The notes beneath the pieces are model-generated. The model saw only the letters and a list, made by a program, of their open reading frames with translations, was not told the origin of the DNA and did no database searches. DNA of 46,451 nucleotides from a virus (taxonomy: Duplodnaviria; Caudoviricetes), in the IMG/VR virus record IMGVR_UViG_3300030095_000903, positions 1-46,451 of that record; one strand, written 5' to 3'. Of the stretch, positions 29,462 through 37,471 are shown piece by piece. The position numbers were made by a program, and so were the translations under genes. Each line of letters begins with the position of its first letter. The first letter of the stretch is position 1.

Positions 29462-30145
29462 TTATACCTCCGTATTTATTCTTGGTATTATTTGGTTCCC
29501 ATATGTTACTAAATGAGGACTCAAGCAGGTATTAATATAGTCATAATAACTTAAATTACCAACTATATTATACACTTGAGATACTATTTGTGCCGCTATG
29601 AACTGAGCGGCGAATACAGTATGCTTCATTGAACAGGGAGGTTTTGGTACGCTATCAGTAGGTATCCACTCGTCCATATAAGTATGTTCAAGTTCTCTAC
29701 TGCTTTGTGTACACAACTCTACTGTAGTGGCACCCATACGTCCGTCAATAAAGAAATCCTTGTTATCTAAGTGTTGCCACTTATCAAACAGTTGTCTTCT
29801 TGACTCCATATCGTCTGTGCATACAATAGTTCTTGGATGTGCTTTCTCGAACGGTAACCACTTACGTTGATAACAAGTAAGCGTTTGTTCTGGTCCTGAA
29901 TATAAACTATGCAAGACTCCAGCCGCATCTATTTTACTACGTCCTACCATATTAGCTGGGTATGCTGTGCTACTTAGATTGTGTTCAGCGACTGTGTCAT
30001 CGTCCCACACTATTATATCATCCCAGCCCATTATAGTAAGAGCTTGTATTACAAAAGACCCGATACCACCAGCACCAACAATACATATATCTGTCAGTGC
30101 TTCTTGTTTAATTAGGTCTTTATTTCTTAAGAATCGTTGGCTCAT
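29462..30145 (-). CDS. E1/ThiF-family ubiquitin-like activating adenylyltransferase
   Basis: IVGAGGIGS, WDDDTVAEHNL, GRSK, CTDDMESR, IDGRMG, and a candidate catalytic Cys in PPCSMK; no Zn-binding CxxC pairs. Confidence 0.9.
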   Translation of the reverse strand: MSQRFLRNKDLIKQEALTDICIVGAGGIGSFVIQALTIMGWDDIIVWDDDTVAEHNLSSTAYPANMVGRSKIDAAGVLHSLYSGPEQTLTCYQRKWLPFEKAHPRTIVCTDDMESRRQLFDKWQHLDNKDFFIDGRMGATTVELCTQSSRELEHTYMDEWIPTDSVPKPPCSMKHTVFAAQFIAAQIVSQVYNIVGNLSYYDYINTCLSPHLVTYGNQIIPRINTEV

Positions 30146-30282
30146 TGTTTATCTCCTTGTATCCACGTTGATAAGAAATTTGCCATTAAGAGTATAATAA
30201 AAAATCCTACTCCTATTAGCACACAACTAACTGATATTAGAAATAAGTTAATGCTCCATTCCCATAAGTCTATGAGTATCAT
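30142..30282 (-). CDS. Small single-TM protein (46 aa)
   Basis: MILIDLWEWSINLFLISVSCVLIGVGFFIILLMANFLSTWIQGDKQ; ATGA overlaps with both neighbours. Confidence 0.65.
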   Translation of the reverse strand: MILIDLWEWSINLFLISVSCVLIGVGFFIILLMANFLSTWIQGDKQ

Positions 30283-30716
30283 ACTTCTAACTCCATAAAC
30301 TTATCTAACATAGCATAAGCTTCTTGTTCAGTTCCAAACATAGCTTGGTCCTTAATTTTAGTAGCTTCTTTAAAAATAGCATTTCGTCTTTCTACTATTA
30401 CGCTATTTACTTTTGCACTACTTAGCTTATGTTCTTTTAAATAATCTTCCCAACCTATCAATAAGTCAGATACATTTATAGAACCTATGTTAGTACTGTC
30501 CCAGCCGCCATATCCTGTTTCACCCATTAGAATCATTTCTACGATTTTTTCTATGTCCTTTCTGGTTCTAAGCTCTACTTTACCTGCTTTTATCCCTTCT
30601 TGACATACTTCTCTATTTTTTCTAGCTTCTGGGTCCTTTAACTCACTAGCTTTTTGATTAGCTACTTCGTCTATCCTTTTTACAAGGTACTTTTTTTGTG
30701 GTATTGTTAGTGACAT
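30279..30716 (-). CDS. Hypothetical helical protein inside the Ubl cassette
   Basis: SD AGGAG upstream; 145 aa. Confidence 0.75.
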   Translation of the reverse strand: MSLTIPQKKYLVKRIDEVANQKASELKDPEARKNREVCQEGIKAGKVELRTRKDIEKIVEMILMGETGYGGWDSTNIGSINVSDLLIGWEDYLKEHKLSSAKVNSVIVERRNAIFKEATKIKDQAMFGTEQEAYAMLDKFMELEV

Positions 30717-30737
30717 ATTAGTCTCCTATTTAGTTAT

Positions 30738-30814
30738 GGGGGCTGGTCCGGCTTTCACCTACGCATCGTAGGACGCACATAGTCGGTTTTATTACTATTG
30801 GCTTCACAGCCCCC
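30738..30814. other. Nested stem-loop intergenic element
   Basis: GGGGGCTG/CAGCCCCC outer stem, CCGGCT/AGTCGG middle stem, CCTACG-CAT-CGTAGG inner hairpin. Confidence 0.55.
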
Positions 30815-30820
30815 GTGTTT

Positions 30821-31708
30821 TTACTTAATCCAGCCTTGGTCTATATACCAGTGCGGTTCAACTGTTGGGTCAATTTCACGTACGCTTTTAACAAACTCAT
30901 CCTCTGTTATTTCGTTGGATTCTAGTTTGTTATACTGTTCAGCGATTTGTTCATCAACCTTGTCTTGTTCTTTAGACACTTCTACACCAGCTCCGATAAT
31001 TTTTACTGCGTCCTTTTCGACTGCCGCTATCTTTGTTTCTGGTTCGTGTGCTCCGAACATACTTCCTTGTCCATACCTATCATAATAGTTATGCAAGTTG
31101 TAGCCGACTCCGTGTCCGCCCCAAGTAGTTTTCTTTTCTTCTTTCCTTTTCTTCTCTATCTTGTCAGCTTCGTAACGCCATTCAGGTTCTGATTTCTCTT
31201 TGAGTAGATTACTTACTTCACCTTCTCTCATTTGAGGAAATCCGTATTGGTCCTTATAACCCACTGCTGTTACGTATTTGTCTTTCTCACTTGCTACTAC
31301 TGTTGAGAAATACAAGCCTTCTTTACTTGATTCCTGATAGATAGCTTCCTTATCTGTACCACTGAAGAACGCACCCATTGTATGATGACTATGTATTAGT
31401 CCCATAAAACACTTGCCTAATTCAGGTTTTTTCTTATACACTTTTGGAAGTATCTTACCCAGCTCTTCACCATCTAACTCTGTAGAAGTGCCATCACCCA
31501 GATGAATAGCTTTAAAATGCTCAAGCCTAACTTTAATTGGAAAGCCGTCTTCATCTTTCTTGAGTATTCTATACCACGCTGGTCCTGACCATTCTACATT
31601 CTTAAAACGACGCAATAGATAGTTGACTTTCTTCATCACTGCTGGTGGCATTAAAAGTCTGAATCCCGTTGCCATCTCCACATCTGTGGACGTTGTTTGA
31701 TTTTTCAT
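30821..31708 (-). CDS. JAB/MPN+ metallo-isopeptidase (prokaryotic JAB)
   Basis: VEWSG (catalytic Glu) and IHSHHTMGAFFSGTD (HxH-x7-S-x2-D) at about 31352-31396; low-complexity C-terminal tail. Confidence 0.9.
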   Translation of the reverse strand: MKNQTTSTDVEMATGFRLLMPPAVMKKVNYLLRRFKNVEWSGPAWYRILKKDEDGFPIKVRLEHFKAIHLGDGTSTELDGEELGKILPKVYKKKPELGKCFMGLIHSHHTMGAFFSGTDKEAIYQESSKEGLYFSTVVASEKDKYVTAVGYKDQYGFPQMREGEVSNLLKEKSEPEWRYEADKIEKKRKEEKKTTWGGHGVGYNLHNYYDRYGQGSMFGAHEPETKIAAVEKDAVKIIGAGVEVSKEQDKVDEQIAEQYNKLESNEITEDEFVKSVREIDPTVEPHWYIDQGWIK

Positions 31709-33350
31709 TGTCTAAACCCCTTGTTTCTAATCTTAACTGTGTTGAAATGTATCCTTTAGCTCTTGCATTTAAGAAATGTATCCACTTTAACCTTATTCTA
31801 TCTTCTGATATATAAGGATATAGGGATTCTATCATAAAGTACAACTTCTGACCTAAGGAATATCTAGTACTGAGATATGATTCTCTTGAACCGTCCTCAT
31901 CATTTATTGTTTGATACATTTTATCTAGACCATTAACGATGTTTAACGTAGTCGTTACATCATAGGTCTCTTCAAATGTGTATTGTAACAATGGTTCTTG
32001 CAGTGTTTTATTAGTTGCATTTAAGAAATAAGCAAAACTTCTTATTGCATACAACCAGCAAGATGAATGATTTAAGACGTTTAGAGACTGAGTTCCTCCT
32101 AAAGCATTAACGATTCTATCAAATACAAACTCATCATCTAGTCCGTTAGTAATTGCTTTAAAAGGTTCGTTACGTTGTATCATATTTTTAACACGACGTA
32201 TATCTCTAGCTGTTGGTCTTTCTCTTGTGTTGCTATTTGCTCTTAGAATGTCTCTCATATTTCTTCTGAAATTTGATACTGAATTAGCAATTCTAGGACT
32301 GCTTTCATAAGCATCTAATCTCATTTTGTCTTCATTCAGTGAGCTTGTTACAGCATCAGTATCATTAACAATAGACCAATCCATAACTGGACCTGTGTTC
32401 ATAACACGTACTAGAGGCATATTAGATGTAAGTCTTTCCATTTTGTCTTTAGGAAAGAATGATAATATCTCCATCATCTTTTTAATCTTGCCATCTGGTG
32501 TATCGCTTGTTATTGATTTTAACATATTATGAACCCTACCGTATACGTACAGTGATAATGATGTAAATCCTCTTGATTTGAGTTGTTGAAACACATCACA
32601 AATTAAAGTATCATCATACCATCTTCTGTAGTTCTCAGTATTATTTATCTTTTGTATCTCATTCATTACTTCTCTAGTCATTAGATAATTTCTAAAACTA
32701 TCTTGAGTTACATAGCTATGCCATTGAGTCCAGCTTTGATTAATATCCCAGTACGCATCGTTTCTAGTCCAATTACAACAAAAAGTAAATGCAATACTAC
32801 ATAATGCACTTAGATTGTTACTTGATATTGTTTCTGAAAATGCACGACTGAAATATCCCATACAAGGTTTATTGTCTCCGCTTACGTGTGGATGAACTGA
32901 TATGTCACCATATTTAACCTTCTTTAGGTTCCAGTTATCACTTTCCCGACCATAAAACGATGCCATCTTTTCAGCTATGGTTATGAATTTGTCATACTCA
33001 GGTCCCATTTCTTGCTTGATGTTTGTTACGATGTATGGTTCTGTGTCATTATTGTGAAATAATAACGACATACTTGGTAATACATATGCTCTACTACCTT
33101 TGAGCTTTGGTCTTCCTAGATTAATTTTAAAAGTAAAGTTACAAGTATCTAGTAAACCTGTGTTGTTAGTAATTTCAGGTGAATGAAAGTTTAAAACTTT
33201 AAACTGTTCTTCATACATAGTCTGACATTCTCCCATTTCTAATGTGAAGCCCTGATTCTTACTGTTATTAAAAATCCACAACGGTACTATTTTATCTAGT
33301 AGCCGCTGTTCTGATTTCGTTATTTCAATGAGCTGTTTCTTAGCAATCAT
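31602..33350 (-). CDS. Putative prokaryotic E2-like ubiquitin-conjugating protein with long C-terminal extension
   Basis: VHPHVSGDNKPCMG (HPH-x7-C, Cys codon 32862-32864), then helices and NWTRNDAYW, as in UBC-fold proteins; lies between the Ubl and JAB genes. Confidence 0.65.
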   Translation of the reverse strand: MIAKKQLIEITKSEQRLLDKIVPLWIFNNSKNQGFTLEMGECQTMYEEQFKVLNFHSPEITNNTGLLDTCNFTFKINLGRPKLKGSRAYVLPSMSLLFHNNDTEPYIVTNIKQEMGPEYDKFITIAEKMASFYGRESDNWNLKKVKYGDISVHPHVSGDNKPCMGYFSRAFSETISSNNLSALCSIAFTFCCNWTRNDAYWDINQSWTQWHSYVTQDSFRNYLMTREVMNEIQKINNTENYRRWYDDTLICDVFQQLKSRGFTSLSLYVYGRVHNMLKSITSDTPDGKIKKMMEILSFFPKDKMERLTSNMPLVRVMNTGPVMDWSIVNDTDAVTSSLNEDKMRLDAYESSPRIANSVSNFRRNMRDILRANSNTRERPTARDIRRVKNMIQRNEPFKAITNGLDDEFVFDRIVNALGGTQSLNVLNHSSCWLYAIRSFAYFLNATNKTLQEPLLQYTFEETYDVTTTLNIVNGLDKMYQTINDEDGSRESYLSTRYSLGQKLYFMIESLYPYISEDRIRLKWIHFLNARAKGYISTQLRLETRGLDNEKSNNVHRCGDGNGIQTFNATSSDEESQLSIASF

Positions 33351-33370
33351 TATCCTATCTCCTATTTTAA

Positions 33371-33392
33371 AGGGGGGCTTTTACACCCCCCT
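33371..33392 (-). terminator. Hairpin with short U-tract directly after the Ubl gene
   Basis: - strand AGGGGGGT-GTAAAA-GCCCCCCT-TT. Confidence 0.6.
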
Positions 33393-33410
33393 GATTAAAC
33401 AGACTACTGA

Positions 33411-33620
33411 CTACGCACCAGATGTAACCTTACTTGTTGAGAATGCAACGAAGTCGTTGTCTCTAAGGTTGTAGTTTGGTGATACTGTGTCAGACCCAAC
33501 AACAATCTTGACATTCTCTAGTGAGAAGTCTTCTGTCTCAGCTATTTCTGCTGGTGTACTTGCTGTTACGTTAGTCTTTAGTGGTTTGCTTGGCATTTGT
33601 ATTGTTATGTTGTTAGCCAT
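33411..33620 (-). CDS. Ubiquitin-like beta-grasp protein (69 aa, ends ...KVTSGA)
   Basis: MANNITIQMP...TASTPAEIAE...VKIVVGSDTVSPNYNLRDNDFVAFSTSKVTSGA has the ThiS/MoaD/Ub pattern (T-x-x-E helix, L-x-D-x-D-x-V strand, penultimate Gly). SD GGAG fits the ATG at 33620. Confidence 0.75.
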   Translation of the reverse strand: MANNITIQMPSKPLKTNVTASTPAEIAETEDFSLENVKIVVGSDTVSPNYNLRDNDFVAFSTSKVTSGA

Positions 33621-33858
33621 TATTCGCATCTCCTGCCTGTTTGTTCATCCCCGGTAAGTCAGGCTTACTATCCGGTTCTTCAAAGCGTTGATTAAATGAG
33701 TCGGGTGGTTCTATGTGTTCGCAGTCGTCGCATATAATGCCTAGTTCAGAGTTATCTGATTCAGATGAACCATACTCTTCGAACGTAGTGTTACTGGAAC
33801 GACACTTGGTACACTCATACCCAGCATAATCGCCGCCTATTATTCCTAATCCTGCCAT
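33613..33858 (-). CDS. Acidic zinc-ribbon protein
   Basis: CTKC ... CDDC. Confidence 0.65.
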   Translation of the reverse strand: MAGLGIIGGDYAGYECTKCRSSNTTFEEYGSSESDNSELGIICDDCEHIEPPDSFNQRFEEPDSKPDLPGMNKQAGDANNG

Positions 33859-34040
33859 AACCCTTGCTTCATACGAAGATTAATTTCCTCATAATTCTGA
33901 GTTATAGCCTTTTCTCTCCAATAATCAGTCTTTTCTTGTTCATACATAAGCTTTTCGTTTATGTCGTGAAGTACAAAACAAAGCATAATCATTGAAGCTA
34001 CTAATGTTAATACAGAGATAATAAGTAGTACATCTAACAT
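33846..34040 (-). CDS. Small membrane protein
   Basis: N-terminal TM helix. Confidence 0.6.
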   Translation of the reverse strand: MLDVLLIISVLTLVASMIMLCFVLHDINEKLMYEQEKTDYWREKAITQNYEEINLRMKQGLWQD

Positions 34041-34042
34041 AA

Positions 34043-34225
34043 TTATCTCCCGAACTCTGGTTCACCTATACTTGCTAACTGAGGGTGAACCTTTACTAGT
34101 TCTTTGTATTCTTTCTCTTCTAACTCGATAGCTTTCTTTAACATAGCTTCCGTGTTACCTATATACGCATCAACGTCTATATTGTGACGCTTGAAGAGTG
34201 CGTCAATCTCTGCAAATTTACCCAT
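34043..34225 (-). CDS. Hypothetical protein
   Basis: SD AAGGAG upstream. Confidence 0.7.
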   Translation of the reverse strand: MGKFAEIDALFKRHNIDVDAYIGNTEAMLKKAIELEEKEYKELVKVHPQLASIGEPEFGR

Positions 34226-34316
34226 CTGCTTTCTCCTTTAGTGTTTGCCATTCTGCATAGCATATTAAAGCTATCGCTGTTACTATACCTAGTAAACCAG
34301 ATAGCACAAATTCCAT
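34218..34316 (-). CDS. Tiny membrane peptide (32 aa)
   Basis: MEFVLSGLLGIVTAIALICYAEWQTLKEKADG; TGATG coupling. Confidence 0.5.
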   Translation of the reverse strand: MEFVLSGLLGIVTAIALICYAEWQTLKEKADG

Positions 34317-34597
34317 CAGTGTGACCATTTCTTGATTCTCCTTCCTGATAGTTTAGTTATTCCTTGACATTTAGGACATATCTTCTTTGGCTTACCATAG
34401 GTAACAAAGTCTTGATACATCATTACTCTAGGTGCTGAAGATTGCCAACTTATTTCCCAGCAATGCTTACACTTAGAGCAATAGCTAATGTCTTTATCAG
34501 CACATCTACTATCATATCTGCTGTACTTACGATTAGGTCTATACATTCCAGATTTTCTATCTCTGGCTTTGTTAAACGATTGTTGATACCATTTCAT
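34316..34597 (-). CDS. Basic zinc-finger protein
   Basis: True start likely MKWYQQ at 34597 (SD AAGGAG); CSKC ... CPKC. Confidence 0.65.
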   Translation of the reverse strand: MKWYQQSFNKARDRKSGMYRPNRKYSRYDSRCADKDISYCSKCKHCWEISWQSSAPRVMMYQDFVTYGKPKKICPKCQGITKLSGRRIKKWSH

Positions 34598-34831
34598 ATT
34601 AACTCCTTTATTAAACGATAAAGAATGGATACAGCATAGCTGTTTATTCAGTGTCTTATTGTAGAACTGCGGAGTCCTGTAATTAAGAGCAACTGTACCC
34701 ATTCTTGTTATGGGATGCGGAGTCCCGTGGACAATTATCATTGGCTATTTTGATATGTTGAGAGCCTTAGATTATTAAAATACGGTAACTGCAACATCGC
34801 CGATTCCTGCTAGTAGGTGTGATAAAATATA

Positions 34832-34853
34832 AGGGCGGAATACACCACCCCTA
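34832..34853 (-). terminator. Hairpin after the first leftward gene
   Basis: - strand AGGGTGG-TGTATT-CCGCCCT-TATATTTT. Confidence 0.55.
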
Positions 34854-34863
34854 TATATTAACA

Positions 34864-35262
34864 TTACATCTCTACTGCTTTAGGTCGTAAGAACTTATAG
34901 TAGTATTTGATGCAATCGTTACCTGACTGTGTCGTCACGGCTTCGCCTTGTTCGATATCTTCTGAAGTATTCAGAGGATAGTCAGTGTCTGCTATAAACT
35001 CAAGGTCACTAAAGAGTTTACTTAGCTTTTGAATTGCTTTAGCAGTTAACAGCTCGGGCAAAGCCCCGTCTGTTTCAAAGTTATCTTCAGGTTGAAGTAT
35101 AACTATACTATGTGGTACACGGGCAGTATCTGACCTACGGTCATAATACCTGCTCTTGTTATCCACGATGGGTTTCCCATCTTCGACTTCGACCTTGCCG
35201 TCGGAGTCTCTACTCCACTCCTGAGCGTTATACGCCGAATGTATTGAGTATGTTTTAGCCAT
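34864..35262 (-). CDS. Hypothetical protein, first gene of the leftward operon
   Basis: SD AAGGA upstream; 132 aa. Confidence 0.75.
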   Translation of the reverse strand: MAKTYSIHSAYNAQEWSRDSDGKVEVEDGKPIVDNKSRYYDRRSDTARVPHSIVILQPEDNFETDGALPELLTAKAIQKLSKLFSDLEFIADTDYPLNTSEDIEQGEAVTTQSGNDCIKYYYKFLRPKAVEM

Positions 35263-35329
35263 AATGATTTATCCTTTATGGTTTAAACCAATAGTTGAAT
35301 TACTATTGATTGTGGTCTACGACCAAAAT

Positions 35330-35510
35330 TAGCAGGGGATGTTGACAGGACAGCCGAGTCCGAAGTGAATAGCGAGGTCGTTGAGCAACGTGGACAGGGA
35401 CGACATTGTTGTGAGGAGGGACGAGTCTCAACAGTGTTGGACCCCCCACGGGGTGAAAACGAAGCGGGTGGGTCAACTGGTAGAGTGCGTACTCCCATTC
35501 TACGGCAATT
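35330..35510. promoter_or_regulatory. GC-rich structured non-coding island at the strand switch (candidate genome terminus/pac/origin/promoter region)
   Basis: Abrupt GC enrichment and three successive inverted repeats, between the divergent operons and upstream of the packaging genes. Confidence 0.45.
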
Positions 35511-35550
35511 TTTAGAATGTTTTTTATTGTTTTCTTATATAATTTTTCGT

Positions 35551-35781
35551 ATGAATTTTATAATAATTTTAATCATTTCAGGTATTTCAGTAAGCTTTAT
35601 AGCAGATGAACCTACAATCTCTGAAGGGGAAGTTACAGCATTCATAGACATACACGACCAAGACAGCACACATCACGCTTATATAGACTTACGTGACGGT
35701 GAGAACTGGTGTTGGAAGCACAATATGTGGGAGAATGTTAGGATAATAAACCCTAGCAGAGTACGTAGAAAAGACGATTAG
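35551..35781 (+). CDS. Small secreted/membrane-anchored protein
   Basis: MNFIIILIISGISVSFIA... with TATAAT at 35538-35543 just upstream and no SD (possibly leaderless). Confidence 0.5.
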   Translation: MNFIIILIISGISVSFIADEPTISEGEVTAFIDIHDQDSTHHAYIDLRDGENWCWKHNMWENVRIINPSRVRRKDD

Positions 35782-35933
35782 TAGCAAATAGCTCTATCTT
35801 GTTTATATCGTTAAGTTTAACGGATTGCCCTTAAAGTAAATAATAACTATTGTATATTGTACAAAAGTGTTTTACATTTTTTTCAATATTTGTTAGTTAT
35901 ACTTCACAATTTATCAAGGGGTAGTTGTCGTAA

Positions 35934-36584
35934 GTGGTTGATATTAAACAATACATTAAGAGTGATAATAAACTCGATTATGAGTTATTATGGAAAAACT
36001 GTGCTAATATCACGGGATTCCAAGCTGAACGTAAAAGAGGAGTGTTATACTATGAAGTCACAGAAGCGTACAAGGAATATAAAGCGTCTTCTAAACATAC
36101 TAAGGATGGTGTTTCATCTACAGATGTTAAAGATGAGGTACTACATAACCCTAACACTCAAGTTCCTAGGTCTCATAAGATAACAGAAGACTTTGTTATT
36201 TCGTATATTAATCAAGAAGCTAAGTCTGAGTTTATAAAAACAGAAGAATACTGCACATATGACGCTGTAGAATCTAGATATGTTGCAGAAATCAAGGTGC
36301 GTAACAAACATTATGATACTTGTTTAATAGAATATGATAAATGTCTAGCAAATCAAGGTCACGCAGACATAGATGGTAAAGAGTTTCTTTATATAGTAGC
36401 TACAACTACACATATATATGTATTTAACATCTCTAAAATCCAGAAAAGTAGGTCTAAAATACGCTGGAAAAACGAAGAATTACCAAGAAATAGCCATTTT
36501 GGTGGATATAATGACAAGAAGACTAAAAAAGTGGGCTATATTCCAATAGGAAGAGCAAGTGTTTGTTATAACTATAAAACATAA
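35934..36584 (+). CDS. PD-(D/E)xK nuclease-like protein
   Basis: YDA...VAEIKVR...LIEYDK pattern. Confidence 0.6.
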   Translation: MVDIKQYIKSDNKLDYELLWKNCANITGFQAERKRGVLYYEVTEAYKEYKASSKHTKDGVSSTDVKDEVLHNPNTQVPRSHKITEDFVISYINQEAKSEFIKTEEYCTYDAVESRYVAEIKVRNKHYDTCLIEYDKCLANQGHADIDGKEFLYIVATTTHIYVFNISKIQKSRSKIRWKNEELPRNSHFGGYNDKKTKKVGYIPIGRASVCYNYKT

Positions 36585-37338
36585 AGATATAGGACCAACT
36601 GAATACCCAGTATACACTAAGAATGAGGCGGATTCAAAGGATATTACTTATTTACATTGGCAACAGGCTAATGCAAAGCAATGGGCACTTACCGATGACG
36701 ATTATGTTGCAAAGGTTATTAGTAAAAAGTCTTATCAAGACAAAGACAAAAGAATGTCCTATTATTATAGGATGCCTTTTGGTTATATTATGTGGAATCC
36801 TAAGTATCCTGATAAAAAATTTTGTTGTGGGGGACGGGTAGCTAACAATACTTTTACTGGACAAAAGTGGTTAGATGTAAAAACAAAGTCTGAAGACTAT
36901 AAATCTTTAGCAATGTGGGCGGCATTAACAGAAGATAGAGACGTTGCTATTGACCAAGTGTTTGGACCAGTAAGTATGAGTAAAAGACGTAAATTAAAAC
37001 GTCATATGAGGACGGAGGTCTTTAAAAGAATGAAAAGAGATGAAGCACAAAAATTATTAACTGATAATATGATGGACGCAGACTACTTTATTGATTTAAT
37101 GAAGAAGGGAGTAGATATTGCATTAAAGAAAGAGGATGTTAATGGTATACGTGGATTTGTAAATGATGGGATGGAAATTCACGGAATGAAGGATAAAGAA
37201 ACAGTAACAGTTACTGATAAGCTAGAAGCAACACAGACTAGAAAGTTGATTGATAACATTAACGCAGAAGAAGATAAACTAGTTGCATCTAGGACAACTA
37301 AAATGCCTATAAAGGAGGTAAAGGATGGAGATGATTAG
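36559..37338 (+). CDS. Hypothetical protein, possible terminase small subunit
   Basis: Upstream of the large terminase; helical C-terminal half; no diagnostic motif. Confidence 0.4.
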   Translation: MFVITIKHKDIGPTEYPVYTKNEADSKDITYLHWQQANAKQWALTDDDYVAKVISKKSYQDKDKRMSYYYRMPFGYIMWNPKYPDKKFCCGGRVANNTFTGQKWLDVKTKSEDYKSLAMWAALTEDRDVAIDQVFGPVSMSKRRKLKRHMRTEVFKRMKRDEAQKLLTDNMMDADYFIDLMKKGVDIALKKEDVNGIRGFVNDGMEIHGMKDKETVTVTDKLEATQTRKLIDNINAEEDKLVASRTTKMPIKEVKDGDD

Positions 37339-37471
37339 TCATTACTATCAAACTTTAGTAGAATTGGAACATTTCCCGGGATGGGAACTATATATATTCC
37401 TTAACTTATTACTATGGGTTAGTGCTATATATAGATTAAACAGAATAGAGAGGAAGGTCACAAATGATTGA
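37331..37471 (+). CDS. Small membrane protein (46 aa)
   Basis: MISHYYQ...WELYIFLNLLLWVSAIYRL...; overlaps both neighbours. Confidence 0.5.
   Translation: MISHYYQTLVELEHFPGWELYIFLNLLLWVSAIYRLNRIERKVTND

Noticed and set aside
29462-30145. ThiF as an auxiliary thiamine/molybdopterin biosynthesis gene
   Set aside because: No thiG/moaE/sulfur-transfer genes and no Zn-binding CxxC pairs; the JAB and E2-like neighbours fit conjugation better. Not formally excluded.
30738-30814. Hammerhead ribozyme
   Set aside because: The CUGANGA/GAAA core is not present in the right arrangement on either strand.
34598-34741. N-terminal extension of ORF 34316-34741
   Set aside because: A strong SD precedes ATG 34597, and the extension overlaps the structured leader.
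35342-35370. Sigma70 promoter TTGACA-17-GTGAAT
   Set aside because: The -10 match is poor, so it is not supportable without TSS data.
35283-35550. ORF 35283-35498(-) and the GTG-started extension 35365-35550(+)
   Set aside because: Atypical composition arising from the GC-rich structured island; ATG 35551 is the more plausible start.
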